A stretch of DNA of 64,000 nucleotides from Acidobacteriota bacterium (GCA_022822745.1 JAJEAO010000114.1:69613-133612); one strand, 5' to 3'. Shown: positions 48,201 through 56,442, numbered from the stretch's first letter. Made by a program: numbers and translations. Notes: generated by a model not told the origin, from the sequence alone.

Positions 48201-48565
48201 ACGGACAGCACCACGGACTCGGATCGCACTGGGAGGTGTGGATGGCGGCTTCCGCGATGACGCCGGAGGAAGCGCTCGATCTCGCCGCGCGGCAGGGGGC
48301 GGCGTTCCTCGGGCTCGAGCACGAGCTGGGCACGCTCGAGACCGGGAAGCTCGCGGACCTGGTCGTCCTCGACCGGAACCCGCTGGAGGACATCCGCGCC
48401 ACGACCGCCATTCGCCTGGTGGCCAAGGACGGCCGGATCCACGACGGGGACACCCTCGACGAACTGTGGCCGGAGTCGAAGCCCTACGGGGGCTATCCGT
48501 GGCTGGACGAGGACATGCTCCGCGACGACGTGCGCCCCATCCGGCCTTCGAGAGAACGAGAATGA
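45218..48565 (+). CDS. secreted TolB-like WD40/beta-propeller repeats fused to C-terminal amidohydrolase domain (1115 aa)
   Basis: Signal peptide MRRSSLLAATASLFGALFGALLGAGLSLAQE, repeated ...SPDG...A(F/Y)...-type propeller blades, and a C-terminal metal-dependent hydrolase region (LIPGLIDMHAHHH...). GGAGG lies 10 nt upstream. Confidence 0.75.
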   Translation: MRRSSLLAATASLFGALFGALLGAGLSLAQEGGRTDDSGWDTTLARGNAYDLVFETSEGTWMSLDVSPDGSTLVFDLLGHIYRLPVEGGRAESLTQDSGAAVNYHPRFSPDGAAIAFVSDRGGQSNLWLMDGDGGNPRPVHEDPDSRVTSPAWMPDGRGIVARRSTVAPGARSSGLFLFHPEGGSGVELVGSGFSRADWPAPSDHGTLYFQFAPSSERDLLRGSMQIRELDLATGEVLDVTEGQAQQQYQGSSGSAIAPEPSPDGRWLAFARRIPGGTISWKGHRYGPRNALFLRDLRTGAERLVADPIEMDAAEGMKTERSLPGYAWAPDSRSLFLTRGGRIVRVDVETGAATGIPFTAEVRRRVSEQARAEVDIAGETFRARMIRWPTVAPDGSAAVFHAAGRLYRMDLPDGRPERLIPGNEPTYELSPAWSPDGAWIAYATWDDTTGHVWKVPAEGGEPVRLTTTSSEYIHPAWTPDGAAVVVARGTGAPARGRSWSQNLRYDLVRVPAAGEAGGDLQIVTRTLRPFNAGRPLMPRRQIVAPSFGPEGRLFFPEQTSRERNGRREDVTKLVSVRMDGSDRRVHLTFPWADEAAPSPDGRHVAFSEGDNVYVTALPWPGTGAEPPHITRRRASLPVTTITTDGGLFPRWTPDGLLHLGSGPRISTWDPGSGETVHHEVRLDLPRDRPRAGGAALLVGGRIVTLGPMGTIERGNLRIENGRITCVGECPTSSGDHELDVSGKTLIPGLIDMHAHHHRDHTGILPRRNWEAAVYLAYGITTTLDNSQWSQNVFSAAELVEAGEMVGPRMFSTGDPMYNGDGSRQNEITSFEDARDNIERLTSWGATAIKSYMQPRRDQRQWIADISRERKLMLTGEGGSLVYNIGLILDGQTAWEHPLTYVPLYEDAAKFFGRTKTVYSITFVVGGPSAWNEEFFWQETANWRDPKQQRWLPWRMLVPHTRTRPLREETDYSFPLLAQGLADIVAEGGSGAIGSHGQHHGLGSHWEVWMAASAMTPEEALDLAARQGAAFLGLEHELGTLETGKLADLVVLDRNPLEDIRATTAIRLVAKDGRIHDGDTLDELWPESKPYGGYPWLDEDMLRDDVRPIRPSRERE

Positions 48566-49158
48566 GGTCTGGAGCCATGCTGAGACAACTACACATCCGA
48601 GACCTGCTGTGCGGGAACGTCGGCGACACTTTCGTCTATGACTGGGGGCCGGTAGAGAAGCACTCGGCGGAGCGCGGTCTGAACCTTGAGGGCTTTCTGG
48701 TGATGCCGATTGCCGACCGGCTCCACCGCAAGAAGCTTCGGTCCCCCGTCCTCTTCTGGTACGCCCCCCTTATGCCCGCCAGCTTTGTCGTCACAGTTAC
48801 CTGCCGTCGTGCTGTCGATTTCATGGATCCTCTCCACGGCCTGCCGGGATACCGGGCCTTCGGCAGCGATCTGGTGCCACCAATCGCCCGTCCGTTCCTC
48901 TACTGGACCGGTAGGGACGTGATTCGAACGCATCCCAGACTGGCTGGAGGAAATGAGTCTCCGTATCTCGTGGACGACTTCGCAAACGGGTTCGGGCTCA
49001 CGTCTGGAGAAGTAAGTAAGGAGTGGTACGAATCGGTTCGTCAGAACCCTGCGGATCACTTCGAGTACGCCGCGGTTCCACAGGTGCCCGACGAGTTCCG
49101 TGTCTGGAAGAACCGACGGGTAAAACTCTTCCACGCGGTCTGCATCATCCCGTCCTGA
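48562..49158 (+). CDS. hypothetical protein (198 aa) in a lower-GC (about 57-58%) segment
   Basis: ATG overlaps the stop of the upstream gene (ATGA). Codon usage is visibly AT-richer than its neighbours; no recognisable domain. Confidence 0.5.
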   Translation: MRSGAMLRQLHIRDLLCGNVGDTFVYDWGPVEKHSAERGLNLEGFLVMPIADRLHRKKLRSPVLFWYAPLMPASFVVTVTCRRAVDFMDPLHGLPGYRAFGSDLVPPIARPFLYWTGRDVIRTHPRLAGGNESPYLVDDFANGFGLTSGEVSKEWYESVRQNPADHFEYAAVPQVPDEFRVWKNRRVKLFHAVCIIPS

Positions 49159-49267
49159 CTTGGCCGGATGGTTGGCACCGCAACGTTCCCACACCGTCCG
49201 TGTGCGCACTTGGCGCTGGGCCGACTCCACGAGTCACCTGGCGTAGGGGAGTGAGACGACCCCGGCC

Positions 49268-49381
49268 ATGAGTGGATTCCCAGTAGCGGCTTGGGTACTG
49301 TTGATTGTGGCGGTGGTGCCGGGGATGATGCTCGCGCTCTGGAACGCCGCCCGCGGCCGGCTCGCCTCCCGTCGTGGCTGA
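49268..49381 (+). CDS. small membrane peptide (37 aa) upstream of and overlapping the solute symporter start
   Basis: MSGFPVAAWVLLIVAVVPGMMLALWNAARGRLASRRG is a single TM helix. The arrangement is analogous to small membrane proteins found upstream of sodium:solute symporter genes (yhdT-panF in E. coli; ActP-like SSF transporters commonly have an upstream DUF485 gene). Confidence 0.35.
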   Translation: MSGFPVAAWVLLIVAVVPGMMLALWNAARGRLASRRG

Positions 49382-50906
49382 GAACTGGCCCCTCTGGGCG
49401 GTTCTGATCGGCTACCTGTCGATCCTGTTCGGGCTGGCCATCTGGAGCTCGCGGAGCACGCGCGACCTCGCCGGCTACTACCTCGCCGGCCGGAAGCTCC
49501 CGGCGGCGGTCGTCGGATTCTCGGCCGCGAGCACCGGAGAGAGCGCGTGGCTGCTGCTCGGGCTGACCGGGATGGGCTACCTGCTCGGAGTGAACGCGCT
49601 GTGGATCGTGTTCGGCGAGGTGCTCGCCACTGCGGTCGCCTGGACCTTCATCGGTCCCCGGTTCAAGGCGCTCGCCGACCGCTACCGCGCCATCACGGTC
49701 GCCGACTGGATGGAGAAGCGGTTCGGCGACCGGCGGCAGATCCTTCGCATCACCGGTTCCGTCGTCATCCTGGTCATGGCGGGCACCTACATGGCCGCCC
49801 AGCTCACCGGCTCCGGGAAGACCTTCGAGTCCTTCCTCGGGATCCCCTACGAGGCCGGCGTCCTGCTGGGCGCGGTCGTCATCCTGTTCTACACCAGCTT
49901 CGGCGGCCTCAAGGCGGTCGCGTGGAGCGATCTCATCCAGGCCACGCTCATGGCGGCGGCCCTGGTGGCGCTCCCGCTGGTGGCGATCCGCGAGATCGGA
50001 GGCCTCTCCGTCCTCGCCGAGCGCCTCGCCGCCGCCGACCCCGGCCTCCTTCGGCCGCTCGGAACCTCCGGCGCCAGCGCGAGGGGATTCGCCGATGTGG
50101 CCAGCCACATGGGCGTCGGGCTCGCTTTCCTCGGCGCTCCGCAGCTCCTCGTCCGGTTCATGGCCTCCCGGGACCGGCGGACGCTGTCCGACGGGGGGGT
50201 CATGGCGGCCCTCGTGATCATCCTGTTCGACCTCGGCGCCGTGCTCACCGGGATGGCGGGGCGGGTGCTCTACCCGCAGATCGCCGATCCGGAAGGGATC
50301 CTCCCGCTGCTCGCTTCCGACCTGATGCCCCCGGTGATCACCGGGCTGTTCCTGACCGCGGTGCTGGCCGCGATCATGTCCACCGCGGACTCGGTCCTGC
50401 TGCTCGCGTCCTCCGCGGTCGTCCGCGACTTCTTCGAGAAGCTGCTCGGCCCTCGCCACCGGAACCCTCTCGCGCCCGGACTCTCCGGCGCCGTGGCGCG
50501 ACTCGCCGCCGATGGCCGGCGGCTGGCTCGCTTCGGCAAGGCGGTCACGCTGGTCCTCGGGATCATCGGCATCGGCGTGGCGCTGCCCGAGGTCCGGGTC
50601 ATCTTCTTCTTCGTGCTGTTCTCGTGGTCCGGTCTCGGATGCGCGTTCGCGCCGGTGGCCATCCTCGGCATCTTCTGGAGGCGCATGACGCTGCCGGGGG
50701 CGGTCGCCGGGATGATCGCCGGATTCGGAACCTCGGTGGTGTGGTACCTGTGGGGCAAGCCGGCGTTCCACGATCTCTACGAGATGGTCGTGGGGTTCGC
50801 GGCGGGATTCCTCGCGGCGATCGTCGTGAGCCTGCTGACCCGGCCCGATCCCGAGGGAGCGCGGCAGGTGGACTACGCGGCCGAGTGGGCGCGCCGCCGG
50901 TCGTGA
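49374..50906 (+). CDS. sodium:solute symporter family (SSF) transporter
   Basis: About 13-TM protein with SSF signature regions (...GGLKAVAWSDLIQA..., ...MSTADSVLL...); GTG start. Confidence 0.8.
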   Translation: MAENWPLWAVLIGYLSILFGLAIWSSRSTRDLAGYYLAGRKLPAAVVGFSAASTGESAWLLLGLTGMGYLLGVNALWIVFGEVLATAVAWTFIGPRFKALADRYRAITVADWMEKRFGDRRQILRITGSVVILVMAGTYMAAQLTGSGKTFESFLGIPYEAGVLLGAVVILFYTSFGGLKAVAWSDLIQATLMAAALVALPLVAIREIGGLSVLAERLAAADPGLLRPLGTSGASARGFADVASHMGVGLAFLGAPQLLVRFMASRDRRTLSDGGVMAALVIILFDLGAVLTGMAGRVLYPQIADPEGILPLLASDLMPPVITGLFLTAVLAAIMSTADSVLLLASSAVVRDFFEKLLGPRHRNPLAPGLSGAVARLAADGRRLARFGKAVTLVLGIIGIGVALPEVRVIFFFVLFSWSGLGCAFAPVAILGIFWRRMTLPGAVAGMIAGFGTSVVWYLWGKPAFHDLYEMVVGFAAGFLAAIVVSLLTRPDPEGARQVDYAAEWARRRS

Positions 50907-51721
50907 CCGCGTGGGCGCGGCTTCTGGCCGCCGTCCCGCTCCTCGCGTGGAGCTGGAGCTGCGCCGCGGATGGCCCCACGAGCCCCGACGCGCCCGGCGA
51001 CGGGGGCGCCGGGAGGATCGTCCGGGTCGAAGTCCTCTCGCAGCCGGCGGCGCGCGACACCTACCTGGTCGGCGAGGAAGTGCGGCTCGGGGCCTGGGTG
51101 GGCGGCGCCAGCGCCGTGGCGTGGGAGGGGTCGGTCTGGCTGGTGTTCGACCTCGGGCTCGCCAGCGAACCCGCCGAGCTGGTCGCGGCCGAGGCGGAGC
51201 GGCTCGAGTTCGCCTACCGGGTGCGGCGGGGCGACTACGACGGCGACGGGATCTCGGCGCCGGAGGCAGAGCTGCGGTTCGGGCCGGGGGCCTCGCTCAC
51301 CTCGGACGGAGCGGCCCTGGACCCGGCGGTTCCCGCCCTCGAAACGCAGCCGGAACACCGGGTGTACGGAAGGCGCGAACCGGGGGAAACGGTGGTGTTC
51401 ACCGCGGCGACCGAACAGCTCCCGGCCCCTCTCGCGGCGAACGAGCAGCCGGTGGGCTGCCGGGACCGGGAAGTGGTGGAGGACCTCGTCGGCGCCGTGC
51501 TCGGCGGAGATCTCGCCTCCGCCGCCGCCCGCTACACCGCCGCCTTCGCCGCGCGGGAGTGCGCGGAACTCGTCTCGGGCGAGGAAGCGATCTTCCTCTC
51601 GGCCGCCGTGGTTGAACAGGACGCGGAGATCGTGGACCTCGTTCTCGCCTACGGGCCCGCCCGGGTCGCGGGCGGCGTGGAGACGGCGAACTGGTGGACC
51701 CTCGCCGACTTCGTCGAGTGA
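50903..51721 (+). CDS. hypothetical secreted protein/lipoprotein (272 aa)
   Basis: GTG start overlapping the symporter stop (GTGA); N-terminal hydrophobic segment ...LLAAVPLLAWSWSCAADG...; no known domain. Confidence 0.45.
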   Translation: MTAWARLLAAVPLLAWSWSCAADGPTSPDAPGDGGAGRIVRVEVLSQPAARDTYLVGEEVRLGAWVGGASAVAWEGSVWLVFDLGLASEPAELVAAEAERLEFAYRVRRGDYDGDGISAPEAELRFGPGASLTSDGAALDPAVPALETQPEHRVYGRREPGETVVFTAATEQLPAPLAANEQPVGCRDREVVEDLVGAVLGGDLASAAARYTAAFAARECAELVSGEEAIFLSAAVVEQDAEIVDLVLAYGPARVAGGVETANWWTLADFVE

Positions 51722-51760
51722 ATCCCGGCGACCCGTGAGCACCACCGCCGATCCAGCACC

Positions 51761-52150
51761 ATGCAGGATGATCCGGACCGGCGAGGGGGAGGAGGAATGC
51801 GAGGAACGGAACAGGCGGAGGAAGCGAAGGCGGAAGCTGTCGAGACGGGGGATACCGAGTCCTCGCCGGAGGGCGGCCACACCTGCCAGGACACCGGATC
51901 TCCGGCAGACCATCCTGTTGCTATGGTCCCGAGCATGAGTCCGGTCGTCGTCGCCATCGCCACCGTGGGGGTCGCACTCCTCGGGACCATCATTCCGTTC
52001 GGAACCTCCATCGTCGGAAGCCAGCGGGCGATCCACTCCGAAGTCGCCGCCGTCCGGTCCGACCTCCACGCCCTCGGGAAGAGGGTCGCCCGTATCGAGG
52101 GGGCCATGCCCTTCCTCGCAGCCGCGAAGCAGAACCAGCCCGACCGATAG
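51761..52150 (+). CDS. hypothetical small membrane protein (start uncertain)
   Basis: One TM helix (MSPVVVAIATVGVALLGTIIPFG) followed by an amphipathic C-terminus; alternative starts are internal. Confidence 0.3.
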   Translation: MQDDPDRRGGGGMRGTEQAEEAKAEAVETGDTESSPEGGHTCQDTGSPADHPVAMVPSMSPVVVAIATVGVALLGTIIPFGTSIVGSQRAIHSEVAAVRSDLHALGKRVARIEGAMPFLAAAKQNQPDR

Positions 52151-52184
52151 AACCTCCCCCGCCCAGGATCAGCTTTCAGACTGA

Positions 52185-52208
52185 GACACCGACCAGCGGA
52201 ACGGTGTC
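52185..52208. terminator. 7-bp stem hairpin (gacaccg-accagcggaa-cggtgtc) between convergent genes
   Basis: Read directly; it lies between the stop at 52150 (+) and the stop at 52214 (-), and has no clear U-tract. Confidence 0.3.
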
Positions 52209-52213
52209 CTGAC

Positions 52214-53134
52214 TTACTGGATTTCGGCCGTCGGGTAGCAGCCGTCCGCGTCGCAGGTCAGGACCGAGTCGGCGGGACAGCTCGGTCCGACGACCGCGAA
52301 AACGAGCCTCGCGTCCGCCTCCGGCGGCGGCGCCGGCTCCTCCCCCTCGGGAGGCTCCTCCGGGGGCGGGACGAGCAGCGCCGTCAGGTAGTCCGCGCTC
52401 GGCCAGGTGATGCCCATCCGGTGCCGGTAGGCCGGCCCGTCCGTCTCGATCCGCCAGTCGCGGATGCCGAAGCCGGCCACCGAGTAGGGCTCTCGCGCGC
52501 CCGGGATGAACTCCAGATACGGACCGCGGAGTTCGAATGTCGTGTCCCGCCCGGGGCCGGTCAGATCCAGCGTGAGCGTCGTGCCCAGAGTGTGGAGCGA
52601 TTCTTCCTGCGGCCTCGGCTCGCGTTCCACGCCCGTCCCCCGAAGGACGACGCCGTCGCACGGGCGGTAGGGAGTATCGGCGACGGCAACCTCGACGGGA
52701 GGCCCGAAGTCGGTCCTGACCACCCCCGTCTCGGAAGGCACGAACTCGAACTGGAGGATCTCCTCGCCCTCGGCGAAGTTCTGGTCGGGGGAAGAGACGA
52801 CCGTCAGGACGGCCTCACCGGAGATGTCCTCGCCGGGCGACAGCGGGACCGCGGTCCCGGCCACTTCGACATCTTCCGGGAGTTCTCCCCCGCCCGCGAG
52901 CCGGATCTCCAGCACGAACGGACGGTGGAGGCCAGTGACCCGGTACTCGAAACCGATCTCCACGCCCTCTCCCTCCGCGAGGTCGGCGCGCTCCGCCTGG
53001 AACGAGGCGGAGAGCTCCGCCGGAGGCGGAGGCGGCGGCACAACGGGCGCTGGCCCGGCCGAATCGCCTTCGCAGCCCGACAGCGCCGCCAGGCCCGCCG
53101 CAACGGCGGCGAGGCCGAGACGGGAGGGGTTCAC
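52214..53134 (-). CDS. hypothetical lipoprotein (306 aa), co-transcribed with upstream metalloprotease
   Basis: GTG start overlaps the metalloprotease stop (GTGA at 53131..53134). Lipobox LAALSGC, Pro-rich linker, then a beta-rich domain. Confidence 0.5.
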   Translation of the reverse strand: MNPSRLGLAAVAAGLAALSGCEGDSAGPAPVVPPPPPPAELSASFQAERADLAEGEGVEIGFEYRVTGLHRPFVLEIRLAGGGELPEDVEVAGTAVPLSPGEDISGEAVLTVVSSPDQNFAEGEEILQFEFVPSETGVVRTDFGPPVEVAVADTPYRPCDGVVLRGTGVEREPRPQEESLHTLGTTLTLDLTGPGRDTTFELRGPYLEFIPGAREPYSVAGFGIRDWRIETDGPAYRHRMGITWPSADYLTALLVPPPEEPPEGEEPAPPPEADARLVFAVVGPSCPADSVLTCDADGCYPTAEIQ

Positions 53135-54213
53135 CCGGGTTCCTCCGGCAGGCGCACCGCGGAACCCCGACCTTCGCGGAGCGCGATCGGCGGCGCCCGG
53201 GTGGAGGCGCCAAGAGACACGCTCAGGGGGGCGAGCAGGTAGCGGTCCTCGGCCCCGTGCAGCACCGCCCCGGCGTCGAGCAGCGACCCGTGGGCCGAAG
53301 TCTCCATCATCGGGCCGGCGGCGAGCAGGTAGTCGCCCGGGGCGAGTCCCTCGAAGCGGTATCGGCCCTGTTCGTCGGTGAACACGCTGACCGAGTCCCC
53401 GAGGCGGCCGTCCTCGCCGATGCGAGCCGCCACCAGCCGGACGAACCGCGCGGCTGTCCCACCGAAGGTGACCTCCCCCTCGATCCCCCCGTGGCGGAAC
53501 CCGCGAGCGGGCCGGAGCAGCGAGCCGCCGATGATGTCGTCGTGGGTCAGACGGGGGTCGTGGTCGTGGCCGTAGGCCATCTTGGGATCCTGCGGCCAGA
53601 CCGCTCCCGCTTCCGGCGGAAAGAGGGCCGAGTCCCAGGTCGGGAACATCGCCGAGTGCGCCAGGCCGAGGCAATGACCGAGTTCATGGACGAGCGCCGA
53701 CTGCCTCTGCCGCCCGAAGAAGATGAAGTGGCCCGGACTGAAGCTGATGTCGCACTCGAGGATCTCGCCGCCTTCGATGTACACCGCGGCGTAGGAGGCG
53801 GGCACGTCGAGAACGTGGGGACGGATGGCGTTGATGTGATCGCGCGCCCGGGGCAGGTTCACGCGCATGCCGGACACCCGCCAGCGGATGTCCGCGGTGG
53901 GAACATCGGACCACGCTTCGAGCGCCGCGCGCACATGGGGCAGGACATCGCTCGCGCTCTCGAACGGCGACTCGTAGGTCTCGCCCCGCCACTCGAAGGA
54001 GTCCGTCCACTCGGGAGCCTCGGAAAGAACCCACGACAGCGTCTGCGAGGGGCCCCAGACCGAGGGGGACCACGGGGCCGCATTCTCCGAGACCGGGGCG
54101 AGCGAGTCGTCGATCGTCCCGCCGAAGAAGCGGTAACCGCTCGCCGGCCCGGCGAGAAGCGACAGGGCGAAGAGGCTGAAGAGAAAGCGGCGCAGCCGGG
54201 GAGTCGGGGTCAT
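53131..54213 (-). CDS. secreted zinc metalloprotease, metzincin (matrixin/M10-like) with C-terminal CarboxypepD_reg-like domain
   Basis: Signal peptide MTPTPRLRRFLFSLFALSLLAGPASG and the zinc motif HELGHCLGLAHS (HExxHxxGxxH). Start chosen at internal Met 54213 of ORF 53131..54318. Confidence 0.75.
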   Translation of the reverse strand: MTPTPRLRRFLFSLFALSLLAGPASGYRFFGGTIDDSLAPVSENAAPWSPSVWGPSQTLSWVLSEAPEWTDSFEWRGETYESPFESASDVLPHVRAALEAWSDVPTADIRWRVSGMRVNLPRARDHINAIRPHVLDVPASYAAVYIEGGEILECDISFSPGHFIFFGRQRQSALVHELGHCLGLAHSAMFPTWDSALFPPEAGAVWPQDPKMAYGHDHDPRLTHDDIIGGSLLRPARGFRHGGIEGEVTFGGTAARFVRLVAARIGEDGRLGDSVSVFTDEQGRYRFEGLAPGDYLLAAGPMMETSAHGSLLDAGAVLHGAEDRYLLAPLSVSLGASTRAPPIALREGRGSAVRLPEEPG

Positions 54214-54316
54214 GCAGCGGGGTCGCCGGAGGCCGCGGACGCCGGCCGGCCGGCCAAGCCTATTCGAGGACGGATACCCTGTTCGGTCCGTGAGCCCGCC
54301 GCTGTGTTGCCGACCC

Positions 54317-54796
54317 ATGACGCCGGCGGACTGGGATGTGGTCCGGCAGATCTACATCGAGGGCATCGGAACCGGACACGCGACCTTCGAGACGGAGCCC
54401 CCGGCGTGGGACGACTGGGACATCGCTCGCAGCCCGGAGTGCCGGCTGGTGGCGGAGACGGGAGATCGCGTCGTCGGTTTCGCCGCGCTCACCCGCGTCT
54501 CCCCGCGCCCGGTCTATCGGGGCGTCCAGGACGCGATGCTCTACGTGGCGGCCCACGCCCGCGGCGCGGGCGTGGGATCGGAACTGCTCGCCCGGCTCGT
54601 CGAGGCGTCGGAGGCCGCGGGGATCTGGACGCTCGAGGCCCACATCTTCCCGGAGAACGCAGCCTCGGTGCGCACCTTCGCGAACGCCGGTTTCCGGGTC
54701 GTCGGGGTCCAGGAACGGGTGGGGCGGTTCCGGGACGGGCGGTGGCGCGATGTGCTCGTCATGGAGCGCCGCAGTCAGGTCGTCGGCGTGGACTGA
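54317..54796 (+). CDS. GNAT-family N-acetyltransferase (phosphinothricin-acetyltransferase-like)
   Basis: About 159 aa with acetyl-CoA-binding motif region ...RGAGVGSELLARLVE...; start chosen at internal Met MTPADWDVV of ORF 54212..54796. Confidence 0.7.
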   Translation: MTPADWDVVRQIYIEGIGTGHATFETEPPAWDDWDIARSPECRLVAETGDRVVGFAALTRVSPRPVYRGVQDAMLYVAAHARGAGVGSELLARLVEASEAAGIWTLEAHIFPENAASVRTFANAGFRVVGVQERVGRFRDGRWRDVLVMERRSQVVGVD

Positions 54797-54885
54797 CTCC
54801 ACCGCGCCGAGGCGCCCCGATTCTCCGGGCCCGTTCTCCCGGTAGGGGTTCTCCAGAGCGGCAAATTCCGACTACAGCCAGGTTC

Positions 54886-55080
54886 CATTGCGGTGCCGGT
54901 CTGGAGACCGGCGTTCCATACAGGCCCCTGCCGGGAGAACCGGCGGAGGCCGGCAGTCCATGCGTGCCGGGCAGGGCCGCTACCGCGAGAACCAGCCCGG
55001 CGCGCCGGCAATGTGCCGGGCGGGGCCGCTACCGCGAGAACCGGCGCCGGCGCGCCGGCAAGCAACATGGAGCGGCGCTC
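54886..55080. repeat. REP-like intergenic repeat, copy D: one M2 unit (54890..54920) followed by two tandem M1 units (54966..55002 and 55015..55052)
   Basis: Read directly; it lies between convergent GNAT and 3-hydroxyacyl-CoA dehydrogenase genes. Confidence 0.65.
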
Positions 55081-55108
55081 CGGGAGCGGCGGTCGTTACG
55101 GTCCCGCT

Positions 55109-56410
55109 TCACGGTCCGGCGTTCTCCGGCTCGTCGCGCCGGTCCGGAGGCGGGCGCTCCAGGGCGGCGGTCCAGAGCGGGCCGCCGCGCGACCGCGGGA
55201 AGCCGTAGCCGGCGACCCAGATCAGGTCCACGTGGGACGGGTGACGGGCGATCCCCTCCTCCACGATCCGGCGCCCCTCGCTGGCCAGCGCGCCGAGAGT
55301 CCGGTCGAGGATCTCGGCCTGGCCCACCGCGCGACGGGAGACGCCCCGGGCAGCAGACTCCGCCTCGACGAGGGCGGCGACCTCGGGGTCCGGATGGGCG
55401 GCGCGGGACGGCGCGTGGTAGCGGTAGAAGCCCGCGCCGGTCTTCTGCCCGAGGCGACCGAGCTCGACCAGCCGATCGGCGAGCGTCGCCGGCGGCTTCG
55501 GCTCGCCGCGCCGAACCGCCTCCTCCACCTGCCTCCGGCGGACGGCGTGGCCGATGTCGAGCCCGGCGAGGTCCGCCACCTCGTACGGGCCCATCCGGAA
55601 GCCGAACGCCCGCATCGCGTCGTCCACCCGCTCCGGCAGGGCGCCCTCGAGCAGGAGCTCTTCGGCGGCCGCGCGGTAGGCGTAGAGCATCCGATTCCCC
55701 ACGAAGCCGTCGCACACCCCCACCGGGACCGGCGTCTTGCCGAGCCGGGCGCCGAGAGCCAGGGTGGCGGCGAGCGTTCGGAGCGCGGTCCGCGCGCCCA
55801 CGACGACCTCGAGGAGCGGCATCACGTGGGCCGGACTGAAGAAGTGGGCGCCGATGACGCTCTCCGGGCGGCTGGAGGCGGCGGCGATGCAGTCCACGTC
55901 GAGACTGGAGGTGTTCGTCGCCAGGACCGCGCTCGCCGGCGCCGCCGCTCCGAGAGACCGGAAGATCCGCTGCTTGAGCTCGAGGTCCTCGAACACCGCC
56001 TCGACCACGAAGTCGCGCTCGGCGGCCGCCTCGAGCGAGGGAACGCGCCGGACGCGGGCGCGGCGCGCCTCCGCCTCGGCCCGATCGAACCGGCCCCGAG
56101 CGACGGCCCGACCCAGACTGCCCGCGAGCGCCGATTCGCCGCCCTCCCACGCCGCGTCGGAGGGCTCGAACACGGCGACCGGGATGCCCGCCGCGGCGAA
56201 CGCGAGCGAGATCCCGCGACCCATCGTCCCGAATCCGATGATCCCGACCGTCCTCGTCTCGGGAACCTCGACCCCTGCCGGAAGGCGGGCGGCGTCTTCG
56301 GCGGCGCGACGCAGATGCGCCTCGGCGGCCCGCGCCTGCTCTGCGGTCGGAGGAGCGAAGCGGGTCACGGGCGCGGATCCTACCGACGGACCGAACCCGT
56401 CAGGGGCCAC
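55109..56410 (-). CDS. 3-hydroxyacyl-CoA dehydrogenase (NAD-binding + C-terminal domains)
   Basis: Rossmann motif VGIIGFGTMGRGIS and ...SLDVDCIAAASSRPESVIGAHFFSPAHVMPLLEVV..., characteristic of HADH/FadB-C. True start may be the internal GTG near 56368. Confidence 0.75.
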   Translation of the reverse strand: MAPDGFGPSVGSAPVTRFAPPTAEQARAAEAHLRRAAEDAARLPAGVEVPETRTVGIIGFGTMGRGISLAFAAAGIPVAVFEPSDAAWEGGESALAGSLGRAVARGRFDRAEAEARRARVRRVPSLEAAAERDFVVEAVFEDLELKQRIFRSLGAAAPASAVLATNTSSLDVDCIAAASSRPESVIGAHFFSPAHVMPLLEVVVGARTALRTLAATLALGARLGKTPVPVGVCDGFVGNRMLYAYRAAAEELLLEGALPERVDDAMRAFGFRMGPYEVADLAGLDIGHAVRRRQVEEAVRRGEPKPPATLADRLVELGRLGQKTGAGFYRYHAPSRAAHPDPEVAALVEAESAARGVSRRAVGQAEILDRTLGALASEGRRIVEEGIARHPSHVDLIWVAGYGFPRSRGGPLWTAALERPPPDRRDEPENAGP

Positions 56411-56442
56411 AATTGGCGCTGGCCCGGAGGTTCAACCGACCC

